64,000 bases of DNA from Candidatus Aminicenantales bacterium (GTDB lineage: Bacteria > Acidobacteriota > Aminicenantia > Aminicenantales > UBA4085), in contig JBAVVD010000021.1 in NCBI GenBank assembly GCA_049697115.1, positions 70,409 to 134,408 of the forward strand. The letters are read 5' to 3'. A program made the translations under genes and the position numbers. Every line of letters begins with the position of its first letter. The first letter of the stretch is position 1. This document shows positions 9,640 through 17,273 of the stretch, piece after piece. The notes under the pieces were generated by a model. That model made no database searches. It saw only the letters and a program-made list of their open reading frames with translations, and was not told the DNA's origin.

Positions 9640-9723
9640 GGTTTGGCTGGAAGCATCTCCAAACCCGTGATCTCTGAATGACCTTATATTTTTCACGGTT
9701 TTGGAGATGCTTACGGTTTGGCT
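9640..9723. repeat. MITE/REP-like hairpin element flanked by a 9-nt direct repeat
   Basis: GGTTTGGCT occurs at 9640-9648 and 9715-9723. Between the copies, AAGCATCTCCAAACC (9651-9665) pairs with GGTTTTGGAGATGCTT (9697-9712). Confidence 0.4.
9677..9699 (+). repeat. 23-nt motif AATGACCTTATATTTTTCACGGT, copy 1
   Basis: Exact match to 31276-31298 in the same orientation. Both copies are intergenic and lie upstream of plus-strand promoters. Confidence 0.85.
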
Positions 9724-9730
9724 CTAAAAT

Positions 9731-9759
9731 TTGAGCTCTATGGATGCTTTTTATATAAT
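9731..9759 (+). promoter_or_regulatory. Candidate promoter TTGAGC-17-TATAAT for the metallophosphoesterase gene
   Basis: Hexamers read directly from the sequence. This promoter implies the ORF-track start at 9731 is not used. Confidence 0.4.
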
Positions 9760-9805
9760 TGACAAGGTGCGGCTCCAGAAGAGCCCATCGAGCGAGGGCG
9801 AGAAT

Positions 9806-10288
9806 TTGATCGGCATTATGGCGGACTCTCATGACAATCTCCTCAGGATCAGGCAAGCGATCCGACTATTTGCCGCCCACAAATGCGAGCTCGTTATTCA
9901 TGCCGGTGACATTGTCGCTCCTTTTTCAGCCAGAGAGTTGGAAGCGCTGGGCTGCCCCGTAAAAGCCGTTTTCGGCAATTGTGACGGGGAGAAAGAGGGG
10001 CTGGAAAAAGCCCTCCGGCCTTTTGGCCAGATCCAAAACCCCCCGTTGATCTTCAAGCATCATGGATTTCGCATTATTCTCAGTCACTCGAATACGCTCA
10101 TTGAATCGCTTCTTAAATTCAACCAATATGACATCATCATCATCGGCCATACCCATACGCCCGAAATTCGAAAAGAGAAGAAGCACCTCTTTGTCAATCC
10201 CGGAGAAGCCGGCGGCTGGGTTACCGGAAAAAGCACGGTGGCTGTTTTTGACCCTAAAACTCAAGAGGCAGAAATTATCGTCTTATGA
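9806..10288 (+). CDS. YfcE/MJ0936-family metallophosphoesterase (TTG start)
   Basis: (M)IGIMADSHDN..., HAGD, GNCD, GHTH motifs. GAGGG lies 8 nt upstream of TTG 9806. The ORF-track version (9731) adds 25 non-conserved residues. Confidence 0.8.
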   Translation: MIGIMADSHDNLLRIRQAIRLFAAHKCELVIHAGDIVAPFSARELEALGCPVKAVFGNCDGEKEGLEKALRPFGQIQNPPLIFKHHGFRIILSHSNTLIESLLKFNQYDIIIIGHTHTPEIRKEKKHLFVNPGEAGGWVTGKSTVAVFDPKTQEAEIIVL

Positions 10289-10309
10289 AAATACGCCCAG
10301 GAAATTGAA

Positions 10310-10444
10310 ATGCCTCACTCAATCAACAAGCGGCAGAAGCCTGTCTGGCAAAGGCTGCGTAAACCCATGCCTCCTCCGGCCAAGTCGCGCTCTGCCAGAA
10401 AGGAAAAACGCGGCCGTGATCGGAAACACAAATCCCTAAAATAG
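10310..10444 (+). CDS. Candidate 44-aa highly basic small protein (MPHSINKRQKPVWQRLRKPMPPPAKSRSARKEKRGRDRKHKSLK)
   Basis: ATG with AGGAAA about 8 nt upstream, in an otherwise empty 284-nt gap. Below the ORF-track size cutoff. No family recognised. Confidence 0.25.
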   Translation: MPHSINKRQKPVWQRLRKPMPPPAKSRSARKEKRGRDRKHKSLK

Positions 10445-10590
10445 AAAATAAAGAGGGGCTCAGACGGTCCATGTGTGTTCGAAGGCCTTGGGAGGCGGGC
10501 GTCCTTCCTATTTACTAATCAAACAGCCTGTATTATACTAATTTACTAATTTTTTGAAAAAGAATTGATTATTTGAAAGGATTTAAACTC

Positions 10591-11895
10591 ATGAAAAAAG
10601 CCATCATAATGGGAGCGGCCGGACGCGATTTCCACAATTTCAATGTGTATTTCAGGGACAATCCCAATTTCCGGGTTGTCGCTTTCACTGCCACTCAAAT
10701 TCCGGATATTGAGGGCAGAAAATACCCACCTTCGCTTGCCGGTAAATATTATCCAGAAGGAATTCCTATCCATGCCGAAGAAGAGCTGGATTATCTGATA
10801 AAAAAACACGGTGTGACCAAGGTCTATTTCTCCTATAGCGATATCTCTCATGAATATGTCATGCACAAGGCTTCGCAGGTCATGGCCGCGGGCGCCAGCT
10901 TCATTCTTTTGGGCCCTCAGGATACAATGCTGAAAAGCATACGTCCTGTCATTTCTATCTGTGCCGTCCGGACCGGATCTGGGAAGAGCCAGACCAGCCG
11001 AAAGGCTGCTCTCATTCTCAAAGAGAAAGGCAGAAATGTGGCCGTAATCCGCCATCCCATGCCCTATGGAGATTTGGTCAAGCAGCGGGTGCAGAGATAT
11101 GCCACCTACGAAGACCTGGCCAAGCACGAATGCACGATCGAAGAAAGAGAAGAATATGAGCCCCATCTCAAAAGAGGAATCATTGTTTATGCCGGAGTGG
11201 ACTACGAAGCCATCCTCAAGGAGGCTGAAAAAGAAGCGGATGTGATCCTCTGGGATGGAGGAAACAATGACTTTTCTTTCTATCGGGCCGACTTGGAAAT
11301 CATTGTCGTTGATCCCCACAGGGCCGGCCATGAGCTTCTCTACCATCCAGGGGAGACAAATTTCAGGAGGGCCCACGTCTTGGTCATCAATAAGATGGAT
11401 ACGGCGCCCAAAGAAAAAGTCGCCCTCATCATGGAAAATATTAAAAAGTTCAATCCTAAGGCCACAGTCATACGGGCCAATTCGCCGATTTTCGTCCATG
11501 GAGGGAATCAGATCACCGGCAAACGGGTCCTGGTGATTGAGGACGGTCCGACCCTGACCCATGGAGGAATGACGTATGGAGCCGGAATCGTGGCCGCGAC
11601 AAAATATGCGGCTGCGAAGATCGTCGACCCGAGACCTGCGGCAGTGGGAAGCCTCAGAAAAATATTTGAAAAATACTCCCATTTGGATAAAGTTCTGCCG
11701 GCCATGGGTTATGGAGAAGTCCAGATCAAGGAGTTGGCTGAGACCATCAATAATGTCGACTGCGACCTTGTTATCAGCGCCACTCCGATCGACCTCGGCC
11801 GTCTGATTAAAACGAATAAGAAACTCCTCCCCGTAACCTATGAACTGGAAGAAATCGGGTCGCCCAATCTTGAGGAGATACTGAAAAAGTTCTGA
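10591..11895 (+). CDS. COG2403-type P-loop protein (cyclic 2,3-diphosphoglycerate synthetase-like 'predicted GTPase')
   Basis: MKKAIIMGAAGRDFHNF N-terminus and a P-loop-like RTGSGKSQTS. Length and layout resemble archaeal CPGS-family proteins. ATG 10591 is preferred over TTG 10573. Confidence 0.65.
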   Translation: MKKAIIMGAAGRDFHNFNVYFRDNPNFRVVAFTATQIPDIEGRKYPPSLAGKYYPEGIPIHAEEELDYLIKKHGVTKVYFSYSDISHEYVMHKASQVMAAGASFILLGPQDTMLKSIRPVISICAVRTGSGKSQTSRKAALILKEKGRNVAVIRHPMPYGDLVKQRVQRYATYEDLAKHECTIEEREEYEPHLKRGIIVYAGVDYEAILKEAEKEADVILWDGGNNDFSFYRADLEIIVVDPHRAGHELLYHPGETNFRRAHVLVINKMDTAPKEKVALIMENIKKFNPKATVIRANSPIFVHGGNQITGKRVLVIEDGPTLTHGGMTYGAGIVAATKYAAAKIVDPRPAAVGSLRKIFEKYSHLDKVLPAMGYGEVQIKELAETINNVDCDLVISATPIDLGRLIKTNKKLLPVTYELEEIGSPNLEEILKKF

Positions 11896-12884
11896 TGAAA
11901 AGAAAATTGGCCCTTATCGCTTTCGGCGGAAACGCTCTCCTCCCTGAAAACCAGCGGGGACTCCAGGAAGAACAGATGAAAAACGCCCAGAAAGCCGCCA
12001 AGTTCATTGTCCACATCGTAAAAAAAGGATATGAGCTCATTGTTGTCCATGGCAATGGCCCCCAGGTGGGAAATCTCCTCATCCAGATGGAAGAAGGGAT
12101 TACCAAGATCCCTCCCTTTACTCTGGAGATCTGCGATGCCATGACAGAAGGAGGCATGGGCTTTATGCTGGAAAAGGCCATTATGAACGAACTCCGAAAA
12201 AACTCCATCGATAAAGAAATCGCATCCCTTATCACTCAGGTTGTGGTGGACCGAAACGATTCGGCTTTTGAGAATCCGACTAAACCAATCGGTCCTTTTT
12301 ACACGAAATACCGCGCTCAAATGCTGGCCCGCGAAAAAAAATGGAAGATGGTCGAGGATGCCGGCCGCGGCTACCGAAAAGTCGTCCCCTCTCCCAAACC
12401 CATCGATATCATACCTAAACGGATCATCCATGATCTGGTCAAGGCGGAACGGATTGTCATCGCCGCCGGAGGAGGAGGAATCCCGGTCATTATTGATGGC
12501 CGCGGTTTCTTCAAGGGAGTCGAAGCGGTGATCGATAAAGACTTCGCCGCCAGTCTTATCGCGAGGGAAGTGAAGGCGGACCTTTTCATCATCCTGACCA
12601 CCATTGAGCGGGTTTACCTGAATTACGGCAAACCGGACCAGACAGAAATTTCCAGAATGACTATTGACCAGGCCCGAGAATATCTCAACCAAGGCCAGTT
12701 CCCCCCAGGCTCCATGGGCCCGAAAATTATGGCGGCTATTGAGTACATTCAGAACGGAGGCAGAGAAGTGATCATCACTTCCGCCAGCCATCTCAAGAGA
12801 GCTCTGATGAACCGGTCTGGGACAATCATTCATTCATCCGATCAGGAGGAGACACATGCTCAAAGATCTCCTGTCCATCCATGA
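11895..12884 (+). CDS. arcC: Carbamate kinase
   Basis: ALIAFGGNALL..., VVHGNGPQVG and IAAGGGGIPV motifs. Its ATG shares one nucleotide with the upstream TGA (TGATG). Confidence 0.9.
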   Translation: MKRKLALIAFGGNALLPENQRGLQEEQMKNAQKAAKFIVHIVKKGYELIVVHGNGPQVGNLLIQMEEGITKIPPFTLEICDAMTEGGMGFMLEKAIMNELRKNSIDKEIASLITQVVVDRNDSAFENPTKPIGPFYTKYRAQMLAREKKWKMVEDAGRGYRKVVPSPKPIDIIPKRIIHDLVKAERIVIAAGGGGIPVIIDGRGFFKGVEAVIDKDFAASLIAREVKADLFIILTTIERVYLNYGKPDQTEISRMTIDQAREYLNQGQFPPGSMGPKIMAAIEYIQNGGREVIITSASHLKRALMNRSGTIIHSSDQEETHAQRSPVHP

Positions 12885-13788
12885 TTTATCTCTCTACGAG
12901 TTCAACCAAATCCTGGATTTGACCCGAGAAATAAAAGAGAATCCAAAAAAATTTCATAAAAAACTGAAGCATAAAATTCTGGCTATGATCTTCGAAAAAC
13001 CCTCCTTGCGGACAAGGATGACATTTGAGGTGGGAATGCTTGAACTCGGAGGGGAAGCCGTCTATCTAAGCCCTTCGGATATCCAACTCGGAAAACGGGA
13101 GACTGTGGAGGATGTGGGGAAGAACCTGGAACGCTGGGTGGATGGCATCATGATCAGGACTTTCGCCCATCAGATTGCCGTTGACCTGGCCAAAAACACA
13201 TCAATCCCTGTCATCAACGGATTGACCGACCTCCTCCATCCCTGCCAGGCTATGGCCGACTTCTTTACCCTCAAAGAGAAAAAAGGAGGGCTGGCCTCCT
13301 TGAAGCTGTCATATATTGGAGACGGAAATAATGTCTGCCACAGCTTGCTCTTCGCCGCGGCCAAAGCAGGAACTCAAATAGCCGTCGCCACCCCAGCGGG
13401 ATACAAGCCAAGGCCGGAAATCATCGAGATGGCCAAAAAGGACGGAAAAGAGACTGGCTTCAACTTGATCCTGACAGATGACCCTAAGGAAGCCGCATCA
13501 GGGGCAGATGCTGTCTACACAGATGTCTGGGCGTCCATGGGACAGGAGCAGGAAAAGGAGGAGAGGGCGGCCGTTTTTGCTCCTTTTCAGGTCAACCAAA
13601 AAATCATGTCTAACGCCAAAAAGGATGCTCTCTTCATGCACTGCCTCCCCGCCCACAAGGGAGAAGAAGTGTCCGGTGAAGTCCTCGATTCCGCCCAGTC
13701 GGTCGTCTTTGATCAGGCAGAAAACAGACTTCATATTCAAAAAGCAATTATGCTATTATTGATAGGGAAAAAAGAGGCCCATGGATAA
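12856..13788 (+). CDS. argF: Ornithine carbamoyltransferase-family enzyme (variant SLRTR carbamoyl-phosphate motif)
   Basis: FEKPSLRTR, HPCQAMAD, DVWASMGQE and HCLPAHKGEEV motifs. Confidence 0.85.
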   Translation: MLKDLLSIHDLSLYEFNQILDLTREIKENPKKFHKKLKHKILAMIFEKPSLRTRMTFEVGMLELGGEAVYLSPSDIQLGKRETVEDVGKNLERWVDGIMIRTFAHQIAVDLAKNTSIPVINGLTDLLHPCQAMADFFTLKEKKGGLASLKLSYIGDGNNVCHSLLFAAAKAGTQIAVATPAGYKPRPEIIEMAKKDGKETGFNLILTDDPKEAASGADAVYTDVWASMGQEQEKEERAAVFAPFQVNQKIMSNAKKDALFMHCLPAHKGEEVSGEVLDSAQSVVFDQAENRLHIQKAIMLLLIGKKEAHG

Positions 13789-15823
13789 AGAAATTTCGCT
13801 CATTCAGATCAGCGAGGAGGATATCCGCTTCATCGAAAAAGAGCTGGCCAAAAGCCGGAGACCTTTTTCCCTGCGAGAATTGACAGAAAAGCTGGCCTAC
13901 CTGAAAACAGCCAGCCAACGAATCCAAGAAGTCAAAAAGTATGATCCCAGTTGTGTTTATGAAATCGGCGACTCTATCTATAAGGAGTACGATGAACCGC
14001 TCCCCCTCAACAGCAAATATGTAGAGCATTTCACAGGAGCAGTAGTATTAAAGGTTATCAATAAAAACTACTATAAGGATTTCAACTGCGAGATGCTGGA
14101 AGTCGATTACACGGGAGGAGGGATTTTCCGGAAATACATTGACTTCATGAAAAAAACAAAAACCCAGGTTCTGCTTCCTTCGAATATTGACAGGAACGCC
14201 AAGGCTCCTGAGACCATGGGAAAAGAAGAAGATCCCAGGCTCAGCGAACTGCCGATGACAGATAAGGACCTCAAATCCCTGGCTAAAAACCTGAGATCGG
14301 CACTCTCCAAATCACCTCTATTTTTTAACTGGAATGATTACTGGCAGCTTACGGAAAGCCCTCCGGAGATTTCCGAAGAACGGATCAAGGAAATAGAAAA
14401 TCTTTTGTCAGAGACAAGAATTTCCGCTTCCACTGAAGACTTAATCCAAAAATTTTTTGGTCTAGAGACCTCTCATAACGAGTTCGACTTCACTTGCCTC
14501 TGGCTCAACAGCGTCCTAGAAACAAAATACAAAAAGGACTTCCTTCAGGTCTCTCCCTTCCGCTGGGGAAAATGGCACCTGAAAACCATTGTCAATTCTT
14601 TACCGAACGATTTGCCTCTTTCCGCAGAGCCAGCCGTCCTCCCCGAGTTTGATGTGGAAGAGAAAATCCAGGTAACGCTTTTCCATTCCTTCCCCTTGAA
14701 GATCTATCTCACCTGGAGAGAGATCCTGTCCGGCGGTGTGAAAATTCCAAAAAGCTTCAACAAAGAACTGTCCGTATCTCGAGAATATATTCTCACCGAC
14801 GCCGAAGAAGGAAAGAACTATACCGTCTATTACTACCCTTCTCTTGGCTTCCTACTCGGCCTCCAAGACTTCTTCATCAGCAACAACGTGCCTCAAGGCA
14901 CAAGCATGACCCTGGAAAGAAAAGGACCTTCCCAATTCAACTTCTGGCTGAAGAAGTCGAAAAAGAAGCTTTCTGTGGCCAAGTTGGCATATGACATAAA
15001 AGAGGACAAACTCCTGGACAACGGTGAAGCGTTCACTTTAGCCCTTCCCAATAAAATTATTTATCTGGAACGGGAGACTTTAGAACGGCTGCTCGCCCTT
15101 TACTCGCAAAGAGAGAATTTGAATTTAAAAGAACTCCTGATTCTCGTTTTCAGGAATTACAGCCTCCAGTCAAATAATTATTCCCTTCACTATCTCAGAG
15201 CGTACCATCTCGCGGATGTCCTCAAGCGGACCACTCAGGAAGATGTCGAATTCACACTCCTCAATTCTCTTGAATTTTCCAAGTCGGACAAAAAGAAAGG
15301 CATCTTTTTCTATCAGGAAGCTCCGGAGATAAAAGAAGAAGCAAAGCCTGAGGCTCCAGCGGAAATCCGTGAAGAAATTCCCGGTGAAGTCCTTCCGGAA
15401 GAAGTCGTTGGCGAAAAAGTGCCTTTGACGGCTGAAACCCGGGCAGAGATCCTCTTCGAGCAGCCATTGCCGCCGGTTAAAGAAATTACTAAAAGAGAAA
15501 AACCTCCTCTCCCGGAAAAAGAGAAAAAAGAAAAACCATTTAAGAAAAAGAAGATAAAAATAGAGGGGGAAAGAGTTCCGCGCCCAAGAAAAAGCGTGAA
15601 ACGGGTTATCGAAGAAAAAATCGAATTGGAGGAGTCTGAACAGGAAGCTCTTTATGCGCTCAAAGAAGAAGCGCCTATTGAAGAAACAGCACGCGAAATT
15701 CAGGCAAAAGAAAAGAAGGAGCCGACGAAACCCGCCACTTCAGAAGCACCGTCATTCGGAATGTTTGCGGAGAAGCTGAAATCCGCCCTGAGCAAAAAAA
15801 AGAAGGAAGAGAAGGAAAAATAA
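13781..15823 (+). CDS. Hypothetical 680-aa protein with a roughly 170-aa K/E/P-rich disordered C-terminal tail
   Basis: Long uninterrupted ORF. Its start overlaps the argF stop by 8 nt (ATGGATAA). No family recognised. Confidence 0.6.
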   Translation: MDKEISLIQISEEDIRFIEKELAKSRRPFSLRELTEKLAYLKTASQRIQEVKKYDPSCVYEIGDSIYKEYDEPLPLNSKYVEHFTGAVVLKVINKNYYKDFNCEMLEVDYTGGGIFRKYIDFMKKTKTQVLLPSNIDRNAKAPETMGKEEDPRLSELPMTDKDLKSLAKNLRSALSKSPLFFNWNDYWQLTESPPEISEERIKEIENLLSETRISASTEDLIQKFFGLETSHNEFDFTCLWLNSVLETKYKKDFLQVSPFRWGKWHLKTIVNSLPNDLPLSAEPAVLPEFDVEEKIQVTLFHSFPLKIYLTWREILSGGVKIPKSFNKELSVSREYILTDAEEGKNYTVYYYPSLGFLLGLQDFFISNNVPQGTSMTLERKGPSQFNFWLKKSKKKLSVAKLAYDIKEDKLLDNGEAFTLALPNKIIYLERETLERLLALYSQRENLNLKELLILVFRNYSLQSNNYSLHYLRAYHLADVLKRTTQEDVEFTLLNSLEFSKSDKKKGIFFYQEAPEIKEEAKPEAPAEIREEIPGEVLPEEVVGEKVPLTAETRAEILFEQPLPPVKEITKREKPPLPEKEKKEKPFKKKKIKIEGERVPRPRKSVKRVIEEKIELEESEQEALYALKEEAPIEETAREIQAKEKKEPTKPATSEAPSFGMFAEKLKSALSKKKKEEKEK

Positions 15824-15893
15824 AACTGCGGCGCGTTCAGCTTTTTGGATCACGCTTCAATCCAATGAAATCCGAAAAGGGAAGGATGCGTGT

Positions 15894-17273
15894 ATGGAAA
15901 AGCTGAAGAAATATCGCAAAAAGAGGCCCTCTCTTTGCTTCAGCCTGATTTTCTTCATTACTTTCTGGACTCTTGCGCCGGCCCGTGCGGAGAACCCGTC
16001 TGAAGAAAAAACCCAGTCAAGGGCCGAATTCGAATTCGGAATAGACGCATGGGAGAGAAAATTTTTCAGGCCCCAGCTCAGCTTTTCTTGGCCGCTGAAG
16101 TTCATGGCCCAAACACGCCTGTTTTCTGAACTCAGCTATCTGGAAAGAGCAAACAGCCGCCTTGAAGGAGCCGTGGATTTCTGGTTGATTTTAGGTCTGG
16201 AAAAAAAATGGGGAGAAAAGGTAAAGTTGGAAGGCCGCCTCAATCATTTTTGCCGCCACATCACCTCTCAAGAGAACACCTCCATTCTTAACCTGAATGA
16301 GGCCATTGCCCGATTATGGATAAACTCAGAGGGATCCCAAATGGGGCTCGGATTCGGTGGATACATTGGCGGGACAAAAGGATACAAGAATTTACTTGTT
16401 TTCAACCTGAATTTTTTCCCCTTCTTCTCGCAGGATATTTCCATCGGGGGGGAATTCAAATGGGTCAATTTTAAAAATCTCCTCTATGATCTGGAGCTCT
16501 CTTTCGTCCTCAACAGAGGCATTCACCTTTTCATCCGGAACTCAAAAACATATCAATTCGAGCCGACTTTCGACATCGGCATCCGAATGAAATCAGAAGG
16601 CAACCTGGAAAAACACATCGACCATCTAAAGCTGTCGGCCGGCCTTTATCCTTTCTGTGACCTCCACAAACTCATCGTTCAAGGTGAAAACGGGCTGGAA
16701 TTCCTTAAAACCCAAAAAACCAGGTTTCTCTGCAACATCCATTACGGCTTGCCCATCCTCAGCGGAGACAGTTACTTTGCCCAATTCTGGCCGGACAAGA
16801 TAGCCTATCGTCTCCAGGGAGAATACGAAAAGAAAATCAACGAGGACTTTTTTTTCGTCGGCTACGCAAGATATGCCGTTGATATGCCTGTGGACAAAGA
16901 TCTGGAGTACAGGTCGAGCCTCAGCACAGGAATCCGGATCAGAAATCAGCGAGATTTCGAACAGCTTGAAAAAGGAATTCGCTTCGATCTTTCCGTCGGC
17001 TACAGCTTCAAGCTCCTTTATGACCTGAGCGCAAAAATTGGACTGAATACTCTGAATGACCGCTCAAAAAATATCGGCTCGGATATTCTTTTCGAAGCCG
17101 ATGATGAGAAAAAACTCTTTTCTATGACGGTCTTTATGAATTTTGGCCATGAAATAAATATCCGGCCCTTCTTCGGATTTCGCACAACCATCGTATCCAA
17201 TAAAAGAAAGACTTGGCCAGGTCCTTCCGAAGCCAGGCTCATCGCCGGCATCAGCCTCTATTCCTGGTTCTAA
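15894..17273 (+). CDS. Putative outer-membrane beta-barrel protein
   Basis: Signal peptide (...FWTLAPARA/ENP), alternating amphipathic strands, and a C-terminal aromatic ...SLYSWF. Confidence 0.55.
   Translation: MEKLKKYRKKRPSLCFSLIFFITFWTLAPARAENPSEEKTQSRAEFEFGIDAWERKFFRPQLSFSWPLKFMAQTRLFSELSYLERANSRLEGAVDFWLILGLEKKWGEKVKLEGRLNHFCRHITSQENTSILNLNEAIARLWINSEGSQMGLGFGGYIGGTKGYKNLLVFNLNFFPFFSQDISIGGEFKWVNFKNLLYDLELSFVLNRGIHLFIRNSKTYQFEPTFDIGIRMKSEGNLEKHIDHLKLSAGLYPFCDLHKLIVQGENGLEFLKTQKTRFLCNIHYGLPILSGDSYFAQFWPDKIAYRLQGEYEKKINEDFFFVGYARYAVDMPVDKDLEYRSSLSTGIRIRNQRDFEQLEKGIRFDLSVGYSFKLLYDLSAKIGLNTLNDRSKNIGSDILFEADDEKKLFSMTVFMNFGHEINIRPFFGFRTTIVSNKRKTWPGPSEARLIAGISLYSWF

Noticed and set aside
15280-15823. 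Repetitive AAG/GAA-rich nucleotide stretch that might be taken for a tandem repeat.
   Set aside because: It lies in frame within the 680-aa ORF and encodes the K/E-rich tail. No fixed repeat unit is visible.
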